Positions 21,566 to 64,000 of a stretch of 64,000 bases of DNA are shown piece by piece. The DNA is from Macrostomum lignano. Lineage: Eukaryota. Both the position numbers and the translations under genes were made by a program. Position 1 is the first letter of the stretch. Every line of letters begins with the position of its first letter. The stretch covers positions 124,500 to 188,499 of the forward strand of contig NIVC01002263.1 in the NCBI GenBank assembly GCA_002269645.1. The letters run 5' to 3'. The notes under the pieces were generated by a model. The model did no database searches. It was not told the origin of the DNA and worked only from the letters and a program-made list of their open reading frames with translations.

Positions 21566-22024
21566 ATGTGCAGCCTACCACAGCCGCCCTACCCGGCCAT
21601 GTGTCCGGCGCCAGGCTTCTGTCCGCCCTACTCAGTCCGAGAGAACTGTTGCCCTCCTTGCGGCCCGTGCGGACCGAGCGGGCCCTGCGCCCCTTGCGGA
21701 CCCTGCGCACCTTGCGGACCCTGTGCACCTTGCGCCCCGTGCTGGATACCGAAGCCGCCCTGCGATCCTAGCGTCATGCCACAGATCCAGCTGTGCCCAC
21801 CACCGCCACCCCTCTGCGTGCCTCCCTGCCCGCCGCCGCCGTGCTTCGATTTCGTTTGCACCTTCCGACGACTACCGGACCTTTGTCCGACCTCCGACTG
21901 CTGCCGCATCAGCTACTCCAGGCCTGCGGGTTGCCCGCCTAGCGGAACGAGCTGCTGCCCTCCGCCTGCCTGCGCTCCGACGTACAGCGGATATGGCGGC
22001 TGCAGCAGTGGAACCTGCGGCTAA
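21566..22024 (+). CDS. Small Cys/Pro-rich protein with C-x-P repeats (152 aa)
   Basis: ATG at 21566 (the track's GTG start at 21506 is unlikely in a eukaryote). Sequence [32 protein letters not shown]; GC-rich third positions; AATAAA near 22317. Confidence 0.8.
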   Translation: MCSLPQPPYPAMCPAPGFCPPYSVRENCCPPCGPCGPSGPCAPCGPCAPCGPCAPCAPCWIPKPPCDPSVMPQIQLCPPPPPLCVPPCPPPPCFDFVCTFRRLPDLCPTSDCCRISYSRPAGCPPSGTSCCPPPACAPTYSGYGGCSSGTCG

Positions 22025-24130
22025 CTAACAGCAGCCGACTGACGGCATGCTCTGACACGTGATATTGGCACCGATGCCTGCGCTATAATCTCTTTGTTTC
22101 GCCTCCCGATGAATTCGGCTTAGATGCAGCTACTACGAGTATAGACATAAACTGTATGCGGTTACGTATTCACCTGTACGCGTACCCGATTGTTTAAACC
22201 CCTATATTTTAGCCGCGCTACGCTTTGCACGCACAAGAATACACTATAATTATGTTGTTTATTTAGGATGCAGTGTTGCCTCTCGGACAACCATTTTGTA
22301 CGCTCAAAGAAACTCTAATAAAAATGCGAATAACTTGCTAATCAAAATATTTGAAGCTGGGAAGTTACAATACTTCCAAAGTCGCTCGCAAGCCGACAAG
22401 TTCCTTGGCGAGAAGTTCCAAAATAAGCTTCAATTTCCATGCATAGCGCTCTGTGTGCGTACCACGAGACTCTAAACCTTCTATGCTCCACAATGAAGAA
22501 CCGAAACCTATTAGGATGCAAATGGAATAGCTAGTACTAGCTTCGAACGTCTTGAACTTTAGATAGATAAAATAATTGCAGTTTCGATAGGATCATAAAT
22601 TTGTCTTTATATGGGTTTTTGATGGTGCTGATTTCTAATTTGAGTTTCCTTTGTGCCAACCACCGGGGCATGGGGAATTGGGGGTTTTGGGTGGGGAGAT
22701 TCTTCATGGGGATTGATTTTACCTACCTAAACTTCCATAGAGGCATGGGGGTAGATCAATTCTGAGACAAGGGCAGGGCGGTCCAGGGGGGTCCACGGGG
22801 GCTCAATGACCAGCAACTGGGGCATGGGGAATGGGCAATGGGGAATTTTTTGAAGTTTTTTTGCTTTATCACCATTTTGGAGACCCCCTAAGTGTTTGGC
22901 AAAAGTTTCAGAAAAATCTGCAAATCGGAAGTATTTTACGTACCTAATGTTCAAGAAGTCCGTAGCTTCTAAGGCGCTTTCAAATATAACAAATAAAGCA
23001 AATTCTTGATTTCAACTGCATGGCCTCCAAAAAGGAGACTATACAGACATTAGATCTATCCATCTCTGCAAGTTTGATGCTGACTTAACCCACCCATTCA
23101 CTGAATGACGTGTGATTACATGCTCGAAATGCTGCGTGATCATTTACATTTCTCGGGGAAAGCCTCCTTAGAAATGTGTTAAACCCTATATGGTACAAGC
23201 GGACTAAAAACACGCTCGTATCCCGCCTTAATTCCAACTAGAAAGAAATCGACAATAACACTAGTCCATATACTAAAAATGGTCTGTCGGTAGGTATCTA
23301 TCTAGGTAGGTATGTGATCGTAAAACTTACTTGTAAGTAAACAAGTAAGTGAAATTTACTTTTGTTAGAGCGAGAAGGAAGCTTGAGTCCAATCCAATCT
23401 AAAAAGTTCAGCAAACGTATTCGAATGCACTTTCTACGAGTAATACAATGAACTCAAAGTCGACATTCTCCTCTCGAATGCACACAGCATCCCAAGTAAG
23501 AGTTTTCCTAGAGCACCCGTATTTGAAATGAAAAACGAGGCGAAAAAACCAACTATGGTTTGACTGATTGATATGGTATTTGAAATCAAATTTCAATCAA
23601 GCTGGATGTTTCGTTCAGTTTTAAAACGCTTTTTATGCTCGTGTGATTCAAACAAAACAAAATGCATAAATTTCCATAGATGAATCAAAAGTTTGCTAAG
23701 CATTTTGATAGCTTCAAATCTAAATTCGTCTGCAAAAAAGTAAGAATACTTTCACTATGCATTCCTAGATATTCGGATACCTGAATCCTATTCAATCAAT
23801 TATTGTGCTAGAAAAAACTCTCCAGTGTGAAGGCTGTACGCTCAATTTATATAAATTAGCACATACACTGTAAAAGCGCATTGGGAATTCACTAAAAAAG
23901 AGCCAACCAACAAAGGCCAGGCTACCGCATTCTACGTCTAAACGAAAAATTAAACTAATAACGTCCAGTTTCACCCTCGAAAAAGCGCTGGTCGACCAGT
24001 TACTTAGCAAACGTTCCCAGAAAGCAGTCCGGCCATTGTAACATAACTTTTAGGGTATTCTACGCCTAAACAAAGCAAATTGCAGAAGTACCATCCAGTT
24101 TCATTCTCACAAAAGCACTGGGTCGATCAG

Positions 24131-30332
<6,202 letters not shown>

Positions 30333-30847
30333 TGCTTTCAGCAGATTTTGCGAAGAAGAAATCTTTGTCGGTTTTACTCACTCGTCTTAGCTCATGAGGC
30401 TGTGAATAAATGAATGATTGAAAAAATCTGGGGGCTTGTGAATGGGCGAATCTAGTCATTTATACACTGCTGTAGGGGAAGCCGCAACTTTTATCTCTCG
30501 AATTGCATTCGGATGGCGCAATCCGTGAAAGCGAGCCCTACAGGCTGGTGTTTATCTAATCATGACCTCAGCCAGGCGCAATGCTACAGGTTAGACCGAG
30601 AGACTACATGTAGAGTCATAGAAAAAGCAAGCATGCACTGAGTGCCGTAGTGAAGTGACTCTTCCTCTTCTCGGGATTCGAGTTTCCGATACGATTAGTG
30701 ATTATTAAGTATGCATCAAACGCAACCTTGTTGGCTTAACTTCTCATGTCGGTATTTTTCCTGACTTGTGTATAATGCGTTGCAGTATACGAGAAAATCA
30801 GATAGAGATAGCGGACCATTGACTGCATCTACGTAGCTTCCATTGGG

Positions 30848-30995
30848 ACCCTTAACACAGTTCACAGTTTCCATGGTTCATACGGTTCACAGTTTTTATA
30901 AGGTCCCTTAACACGATTCACAGTTGTTATAAGGGCCCTTAACACGGTTCACAGCTTCCATAAGGTCCGTTAACACTGTTTACAGCTTCCGTAGG
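30848..30995. repeat. Degenerate ~30-bp tandem repeat upstream of ABCC-A
   Basis: 4-5 variants of cccttaacacggttcacagcttccataagg. Confidence 0.7.
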
Positions 30996-33283
30996 GTCTC
31001 TTAGTCTTGTCTTAGCACATTGCATTTAGTTACAGTAGCGAAAAGACTGAGTATTTAATAAATTTGAGGCTATTTTAATAATTTGAAAAATCAGGGGGCA
31101 AATTGAAAAGCGAATAAGTCAGTTAAAATGAATACCGAGAGTTCACTTACCCAGAGTAGAATCAGTAGGCCAGCACCTAGCAGTCGAATTTCGTCAGTTA
31201 GGAGCAAAAAATTATTAAATAAATGCAGGCTTAATGACTGTCCATTTCAAAATCTTTGCATTGCAATCGCTCTTTCATTCACGCAGTAAAAGAGAAAGCA
31301 AGATCTCTATCTCCAGGGTTGATAAGGTATAAGAGCAGCGATTAAGCAAGAGAGAATTAACTTATAGCGTCTTAACCTAAAAAAATAGACTGATGAATGG
31401 TCGAATAAGTACGCGAAAAATGTTGACACAGAGACGAGACTGTAAAGGTCTTACACTCCGATAGAGGGAGGGATCACGCAAAACTAAGTGTACGCGCAAT
31501 CTTGTAGAACTGAGCGAAACCCCCTCCCCCCATTTCGTCTGCCCTCCGCCCCCACCCCCCTCCCACAACCCGCCCAACGAGGGAGTGTACTCTATGTAGA
31601 TTGGTCCACTGGGGTTAGAAAAACCATCGGGAGCGGCCAGGGACGCAATGTACATATTTGAGCGGGCATAAAGCAAATAGGTTGGTTCACTTGTGCGCTT
31701 AGATGCTTCCAACGTGGCGTTTCAATGGTTTCATGTAGGCTACTGATTAAAAGTAGCACACACTGATTAAAATTCAATAAGTACACTGTGCACTTTAAAA
31801 TAAAGCTGGTCGACACCTGTACACTAGGATCGAGGAACACCGCAAGAAGGCTAGCGCGACTCATAACCATCTGCTAATGTGCAACGCGTGTGCCGACATC
31901 AAACATGATCAAAAGTTTAAAATTATTGATTGGATTCAGCACCACCACAAACTAAATGTTTTGTAAGCCCTGTACACCAAACAGTTAAAGCCTACCTGAA
32001 TGTACAACTGACAGGAAGGGGGGCTAGTACTATTCTTAGAATTTTTTACTATTCTACGGCTACTTAAACCAGAAGTAGTATATACGAAAAACCAGACGAA
32101 ATATCGATCTGATCCTAGACTGGATTTCGCACGTCTTGCGTTCACTTGCGTGACATCGAGTTAAATGTTTACTTTTCAATTTTAACCCCATATGCTCCTG
32201 AGGCTGCAAACCGCAAGGAAAGAAATGAAATTTAATTAAATTTAAGCGACACTGCCCAGACAAACTACTGAAAAAGAGCCTACGCTCTGAATTTTTTACA
32301 ACTTTAATTGCAAGTTGACGTGACACATCCATCGTGCAGTTATTCTAGTATCCGTGGCACCAGCTGAAGGGGGTTGGGCAATGGCCCCCTGGCCAACCCC
32401 CTGGATCCACCAGTTGTTTTGACTCAAAATGACTCTTAACTTCTTTAGTTTATGCTGAAAATGATAAATATCAACAAAATTGGCTACCCAGCGGGCTATC
32501 CATAAAGTCTTGGATAAATAGCTGATGCGCATTTTGTAGATAAAAATTACGAACGCAACGTGATTTTTTGATGCACAGTACATGCATAGCATAAAAAATG
32601 AACAATAGCGAAACCTTAACTAGCTAATGCACTGAAAGAGGGTTACACATCTTATATATTTAATTCATACGATTATGCAGACAGTACCTGATTCACAAAA
32701 TCTCAGCTAGAACAATCGTTGCAAAGAACCATCCATACGAGCTCGTAGCTGCCATCGTGAACAGTCGAGTTCTTTGCCGTTTCTTCAACCGAAAACGCGG
32801 TTTTTGTCCACGCCACAGAAACATAGCAATAAAAATATTAAATATTGAGCGTTAAAAATGATTAAGCATTAAGCAATTTGTCTGCTAGCACACACACCTT
32901 CAACACGTAAGGAGTGCCACAGATGTACTCATGTCCTTTTACTTATTCAATACTAACTGGAACATCGTCAAACAATTGTCCAGAAGCTAAATCAGGAGGC
33001 CATTAGATTTCTCACTTCGTTATCTCATTTCCTTTGCCAATTTTTAGCTCTAGTCTACATAAATTTCCGTCGTTCACATTAATCACAAGTGTATTATGAA
33101 AAACGATTCGCAAAGGAAGCTGTGTGCCCATGATATTTGATCAAGGATTGCTGCCCGTAAATCCCAAAGCAGATACGGATCAGACACCGTAAAAGCTATA
33201 GCTATTTCAGTTAAAATAAGCGCTCAAAAAGTATTCCAATTCTTTAGGACAACTGGAAAAGATTTCGAACTAAAAATCCTGAA

Positions 33284-40733
<7,450 letters not shown>

Positions 40734-42310
40734 TTTCTATTGAAAGAAAAACTCAGTAGCTAGTTTTTTGGTATCAATATAATGAAATATTTTCTAGAGC
40801 TACAATGGACAGCATAGGAAATTTTTGGTACGTTCGTAGCAATTATACACATTTACTCGTATTTTTATATTTACATTACTACATTTACATTACTTAATTA
40901 TATTTACTCGTATAAGCTTTTTTATATGCGGATAGCCGTTCTTCCTAAAGCTTCTGATATAGATTTTTGCGAAAGCACAACTTGTAGCCGCTTCACAAGT
41001 TGACCATTTTGCATGCGCACACGTCGTCTAAACGTTGAGTTTCTGGGTATAAAAAAGAGAGAGAGAGAGAGAGAGAAAGAGGGGAAACCCTGAAAACCCT
41101 GTTGTACTGAAAAATCAGCAACTGTACACTTGTACACTGCCATTTTCCTTAGCTCTATGCATATTCTTACCTCTCCCCCCTTATTCTTTTCTGAGCTATT
41201 TTCGTTCATGTAGCCTAATTGTATATTAGCTTCATATATAATATGCCTATAGAGCAATGTAATAAGAATTTTAAAAGAATTTTATTCTATGTAAAAAGGG
41301 AGAAAGTTTTAAAGTATAGAGTTTGAAAAAGTCGAAAGAAGTAGGTAAGACAACTGTATAGTTTGTTTGAAGACTCAACACTGTGGGTCTTGAAACAACG
41401 TAAATAAGGCCCGAAGCATTTAACGCTTGATGGTTTAAGATAACACACGTACTATGCACAGGAGAAAGGGTCACAAGTGACAACGCTCAAATAAAAAAAT
41501 GGTCAGTAAAGTCAATAGGCAATACGCTCGTAAGACTCAGTGTACACTCGCTGAGTCATAGACTATGCGACAGAAAAGCAATTTCTAAGCAGCAGGTGTA
41601 AGGATAAGGATAATCATTGCATGCGAATCAGCCCTTTGCTGCGAAAATTTTGGTTTTATACTCGGCAACAGCTAAAATGCCAAGTGCAGTACCGTGCGTA
41701 GGAACCGCGAGCATGCAAAAGTGCCATTACTCGTCGTGGCATTCTAATCAACATTATATTTGCTGATGAACACTTAGGGCAGCTGCTGCCAGACATTTAG
41801 GACCGCCAGTTGCAACAGTTCAGCATTCGGCGGGTCAACCCTGTTGAACGCTTAGCCTTACGAAGTCCCAAACATGCTCGACATGTGTGGACGTGTCTGG
41901 AGACTTTGAACTGTGGGTTTCGCTGCGGCAACCCCCAAGTTCCCCCATGCCGCATGCCGCACTTTGCGCTGGCGTCCGGCGGCGGCAGCCTTCGCTCATT
42001 TCTGAAAAAATAACAAAACCTCTTCATTTACCGATAGCCTGCAAAACTTTTCGGCCGTTTAGCAGCTTGAGTGAGGGGGGAGGGGGTTAGCTGTGCCGAG
42101 TATAGATAAGAAATTGCTAAAAATGAAAAAAGTGAATCGTAAGACAGGAGATTGACTACAAACAGCTCACCTAGAAAGAATGAACTAAATGCCTTAACCA
42201 AAAGGAAAGATTAATTAAAGGTGACGACGAAAATAAAGAACGTTTGGAACTGCTTAAACTGCAAGCTAAAAATTCTCAGATCTGAAAAATTGCAACAGCA
42301 CCGAAAGAAA

Positions 42311-59029
<16,719 letters not shown>

Positions 59030-59766
59030 CTGATCGACCCAGTGCTTTTGTGAGAATGAAACTGGATCGTATTTCTGCAATGTGCTATGTTTAGACGTAC
59101 AACGACTTACAAAGTTATGTAGAGTTTTTGAGTTATATATTGTAGAAAGTGTCTGATTTTTCAATATTAGCGTAGAACTTCTAAAGTTGACAAATATTTG
59201 CTTTGAACTGGATAGAACTGTAGTATGGTATTTAAAATATAAGCAGTCCGCACAGCAATGCCAATAATCTTTGGAAGCCAAGTTACGAGCTAACCTATTA
59301 ATATATAGCCTGAAAATCTTCCTAACAAAGCCTTAAAGTCGTCTGTATCGTTTCAAAATGTTGTTAAAATCGCTGAAACTCGTGCTTTGGTGCTTATTTT
59401 GGTTGAAAACTTTCAAATTCCATTTACGATTTGACTGATCGTCTCTTCAGTTGCTATTCGTTTTGGCTGTCATTCTTTGCAGCGCATTGAAAGTGCCTCC
59501 TGTAATTTTTTATACTGTCATGATGGCTACTTATATGGAGCACAAGGCTATTTAGTTGTCAGTCAATGGGAGTTTAGGGGCATGGTCTTGCTTGCGGCCA
59601 AGCCAAATCGAGCGCTTGTATTTCGGAACTGAAAGAAGGCATCCACACTGAAAGATGGTATTGATATACTAGCTTACAACTCGAAGGATTAACAAAGTTT
59701 GGACATAGACACAGTTTAAGCACATACGTATTGGCTGCATTAACGGATCATTAGGCATAACATATA

Positions 59767-60995
59767 CACCATTTTACCTCCTATTTTGAACAAAGTCTTG
59801 TTCAAAAGAAACAAGCAGAACTTCAATTCAAACACTTTAGGAAATATCAGCTCTTGCGGAAATTCAATTCAAACAAAGTCCCTTTCTATTGAAACAGAAG
59901 AACTTCAATTCAGACTGTCTGTGGCCAAAATTGTCCCCGAGTGACGCGCATGCGCAGATTTGAAATTCAAATGAAACAAAGTCACCTATTTCGACAGAGA
60001 TTTTCGCACATAGGTACAAGTACATTTTAGTACATTAATCTAACTTTTTTGTTTTTCCTGTACTGCATAACTGTACAATCGTTGCGCAATAAGAAACGAT
60101 ATGAATGCTGAAGATCAGATTGAAGAAGACGATGAATTGCTGGAAGAAGATGGAATCGATGAATTTGAAGCAGAATTCGATGAAGATATCATGGAACAGC
60201 AGCCTCGGCAGTGCACTATTGTTTAAGCAACAGTGACGAGACCGTATCATCAGGGCTGCTGATCGTGGGGATGACTTGTGGAACTGGCGCGCCAACTTGG
60301 AGTCAAGAGGTCAACAGCGAACACGATCGTGAGGTCAGGGAGAGCAGAAAAGCAGCCTACGAGATTCCGGACAGGCGGACACCATTCAGGTCAAGTGGCT
60401 TCCACCATACAGTCCATTTTTTAGTCCTGTGGAGAACTCAATCTCCTGTTGGAAGGACACTCTGAAGAGAAAACTGGCAGCAGACCAGCAAAATTTCATC
60501 CCTCCGACAGCTGAGCAGCACGGCAATCAGTCAACGGCGGCCTATCGGCGAGACATTCTGTACAACATGGTGGACAGAACCATTGGCTGCATCTCTGTGG
60601 ACAAATGCATTGAGTGGTTCAACCATATGTTTACATACGTCCCTCGCTGCGTTGGTGGACAGGCAATTGATGGTCAGGTGTCTCAAGTTGGCCAACTGAC
60701 ACTGTCTTGTTCCTGTTTTTCATTCTACTCTTATGTTCGTCGATATGCTGTGTTTTATCCCTCTGTCGAAATAGAATGTGACTTTGTTTCTTTTGAATTT
60801 CAAATCTGCGCATGCGCGTCACTCGGGACAATTTTGGCCACAGACAGTCTGAATTGAAGTTCTTCTGTTTCAATAGAAAGGGACTTTGTTTGAATTGAAC
60901 TTCCGCAAGGGCTGATATTTCTTAAAGTGTTTGAATTGAAGTTCTGCTTGTTTCTTTTGAACAAGACTTTGTTCAAAATAGGAGGTAAAATGGTG
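59767..60995 (+). mobile_element. Internally deleted IS630/Tc1/mariner-superfamily DNA transposon with ~230-bp TIRs
   Basis: TA|CACCATTTTACCTCC...GGAGGTAAAATGGTG|TA. TIRs at 59767-~59998 and ~60762-60995. Remnants of an HTH (ELARQLGVKRSTANTIVR) are joined to WLPPYSPFFSPVEN..WK, a YSPDLNPIE-type motif. Confidence 0.9.
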
Positions 60996-61962
60996 TACTT
61001 CAAAAGTAAGCGCCTTAGCTGTGTGCTTCGGACAGCACTGTCTTTGCGATAATTAAAAAACTTATTTTGGCAGACGCATCGTAACAATTAACACATAATT
61101 AACCAATCAGACCCCAACAGCAAAAGAGACGGACAGCAGGCAGGCAAAAGTCTATGGCACGAAGCAGCGCTAGAGGTGGGGAAAGCGACCCCTTGGAAAC
61201 GACAGTTTTATGTGGCTAATTTCACGCAAGGTAATTGGCAAAGAACATAAGAAATAAACAGGCAAACAAACGAGAATAAAATAGGAGTTAAGAAAAATTT
61301 TAGCTGCAACGTCAGAGCACAGAGGGTGGCGCGCAGGTAAATAAGCGGGTGAGCAACCCCCCACCCCCCCCACAGAGGGGTAGAGAGGACGGCGCACAAA
61401 GGCGCACACAGTACAGCGCGAGGAGGGGTGGATGGCTAACACCCATTTCACTCCAGGCTCACAAAAGGAGCCCTAATAGAAATGGAGGCATTCAACAACT
61501 TTCTGCTTATTAGGAAGTGCGTTAGATAACTTCATTGGACTTTGCTGAACCGGCAGCCGTTCAATTCGGTCACGTAGCTGCAGTAAGGAAGCTGCTGGCT
61601 GCATCAAGATGAAGATTCTCACTTGTTTTACCTGTGGCTCTATTATAGTGGCACATCCTCCTCAGTAGTGAGTGAGCAGCTTTTCACACATATAACGGTC
61701 TCAAGCGAACCTCGTATAGGTCCTACAGTCCCAAGAAGACAAACTTTTACTGAAAATACGGAAGCTCAATTTAAAACAAGTCGTTCTCAAGCTTTTTGGG
61801 GTATGGCGGCCTGTGAAAATGTTTTTGGAAACGGAAGGCCGCTTGATATTGGTTTATGTTGTCAAACCAAGTTTGGAATAGTTTGTATTATTTTCTAGTT
61901 TGGAAAGCAGTAATGGTGCTACTGGTTGCCACAAAGTCTGGGATTTTGTGTTTTTTTCACTA

Positions 61963-62200
61963 GGGCTGTTGCAGCCTGGAGGTTTGAGCGGCGGACTCAC
62001 GAGTGAAAGGTAGGAGTTTGATACTCAAACCAGTGCGAACAATTTGTGTCCTTGAGCAAAACAGCTATAAAATGGGTGCCAGCATTAGATGGGTAATTGA
62101 GTGTAAATGGCGACCCCCAGTCCTTGTCGAGCTTTCAGATGCGCCGCGCAATAGCTGCGGCTGAGCTGTCGGTTGCACATCTGCACAGTAGGGCAGTTGT
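61963..62200 (+). mobile_element. Diverged copy 3 of the tRNA/CORE-like SINE
   Basis: Shares gaacaatttgtgtccttgagcaa, aaaatgggtgccagcattag and cagatgcgccgcgcaatagctg..ctgagctgtcggttgcacatctg with copy 1, with an internal deletion. Confidence 0.8.
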
Positions 62201-63129
62201 AAAAAAATCACCAAGCTGACACAACTGCATGTTCTCAATTGCGCTTCTCAATCAAACTGGATCTAATGTATCCATCTTAGTTATCCATTACCAAGCAAAT
62301 CAAAGACCTGTTAGATTATTCCTGTTAGAATTCCTGTTAGAATATTCCTGTTAGAATCTGCAAGCAAACGTGAAGGTTAAGTTTCAAGATTGTGATACTG
62401 ATTTTTCTTGCTCTAAATTTTTTATCTCTGTACCTGATTAATTGTTTTATTACAAAATATGAAGCCTATTTCAATTACTTTCGTCATTAATCAACTGTTT
62501 TGAGATATCTAAATACTACAGGTTCGCTGTAATATGTACGCTGTTGAATAGCACCAGTAGTGCGGTCGTAAGTGCATTCTAGAATTAGAAACGTTTGGCC
62601 CAAAAAAGAGCACACTGTACAGTGTACATAATTTGTTACTGCTTACGAGCGTATATGCTCTTTCACACGCATTTTACCTTGTTAGTATGCACCATAATGC
62701 CGGTTCACCTTACCACCAGTACATAGGCTAAATCGAAATTACTCAAATCAGTTTTCAAATGGGTCCTAACCGACTGTACATTGTTTTGAGCAATCTTTGG
62801 CCCGCGTACGAGCTCGTAGTTACTAGCGGTAATGTGAACCAGCCTCTAGAGAATCTTTGAACAAAATATTTTATATGTGATGACCTGGCGTGGCGGTTGC
62901 GTATGCACTTTTCTTCTTCATCTTTTCTTACCCTCACTGCACTTCGATCACTTCGATCCGGAGCCCAAAAGATCGAGCCAGGCTTATTTCTACACCTGGA
63001 CCTGTCCGATCGATTGCCTATGTTTATGAACCGATTTCCGATTTTCGCGCAGATCTGCGCAGACTGGCGCAGCACTGCATCTTTAGCAGAAGCCCAACTG
63101 ATATGCTCAGAGACAGGCAGACAGGCGCT

Positions 63130-64000
63130 CGGAATCGCTGACGACAACATTCCAGCGGAGGCTGCTTTCGAAGCCAACACAAAACCAAAATACACTGTTG
63201 GGGTCTTTAGAAAGCAGCGTCACAGGATGCATGTCTGGACCAGGTCGCGAACGAAGGCCACGCCGCCACCGAATCCGGGGCATCAGCGTCAGCCTGCAGG
63301 CAGTTGATTGTACGAGCCAGTCCCCGCCAGGGTGCCTGCAGCGTCAGCAGCAGCACCTCCTGCACGCGCTATGGGCAGTACGACTCGGCGCGGATGATGC
63401 GGTCTGCCAGCTGAAGTCGCCGATGGCGCAGCAGCAGCGTGCTCTGCGTCTACTTGTTGCTCAAGCGAGTTCGTCAGGATCCAAGTCTCAGCGTTGCACA
63501 GCAGAAAGATCTCGATCACCGCCTGGAAGAGAAGCGCCCTCTGGCGGTCAGGTAGGGCCTCGTACTGCAGGACCGCCCTCACAGAACAAAAGGCAGATCA
63601 GGCAAGCCCGCGCGCGACGCCGCAGATCCTTGCAGACGCCGGGAAGCAGACTGCCGAGAAAGATTAACAACGCTAAAATCGCTGAAGCTCCATTGCCTGT
63701 CTATCTACACCTTCGCACAATACTGCAGTTTCAATGTCATCCGGCACACAGAGCACGATGGTATTCTAAATGTTGACCACCAGGAGAGGAAGCTGATGCT
63801 CGACACCGCTGACTCTGGCTCAGGCTCAAGAATTGGATGCTGAGGAGAATCTGCTGGTGACGAAATCTGCTAGCTAGGAGGTCCTCCAGAATCCAGATTG
63901 CCAAGAGACCAACGACGGTCAAGCGCTGCTTCCAGGACCTATCGCAGCCAGCATGTAGCGGCGAAGTGTCCTTTTGCCTACAAGAAGTACTGCAACTGTT
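63130..64000 (-). mobile_element. Degenerate RTE-type non-LTR retrotransposon fragment (post-RT region)
   Basis: Minus strand FLGSLLPGVCKDLRRRA..SAFCSVRAVLQYEALPDRQRALLFQAVIE..L.NAETWILT..LEQQVDA resembles the LLYxxETW region after RT in RTE-clade ORFs. Stops and frameshifts present. Confidence 0.7.

Noticed and set aside
31151-31250. Alternative first coding exon of ABCC-A
   Set aside because: It has a good donor but no in-frame ATG. The exon at 30332-30291 matches the first exons of B and C, so this is at most a 5' UTR exon.

Overview
Eukaryotic (metazoan) genomic DNA with spliceosomal introns and many micro- and minisatellites. An invertebrate, possibly a flatworm, is my inference from gene content and repeat style and is not demonstrated. 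Genes: an intronless DEG/ENaC channel (1898-4114 +); a six-exon type I membrane protein gene that the ORF track misses (10265-14983 +); an SLC49A4/DIRC2-like MFS transporter (17144-20951 +); a Cys/Pro-rich C-x-P repeat protein (21566-22024 +); and three long-form ABCC/MRP paralogues (A 24131-30332 -, B 33284-40733 -, C 42311-59029 +). The ABCC copies form a mosaic of near-identical blocks, introns included, and strongly diverged transmembrane blocks. A 10.5-kb Ty3/Gypsy LTR retrotransposon (46460-56961 -, AGGT target-site duplication, near-identical LTRs) lies in an intron of ABCC-C. It carries the most unusual features. Its -1 frameshifted Gag-Pol frame encodes a cold-shock (CspA/Y-box/Lin28-type) domain just after the Gag CCHC knuckle. 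Its 3' non-coding region holds five spaced hairpin repeats with compensatory base changes and a duplicated polypurine tract. Also present: three tRNA-derived SINEs with a CORE-like domain, an internally deleted Tc1/IS630-type transposon, a foldback MITE and LINE relics. All coordinates and translations were read by hand and may be off by a few bases.
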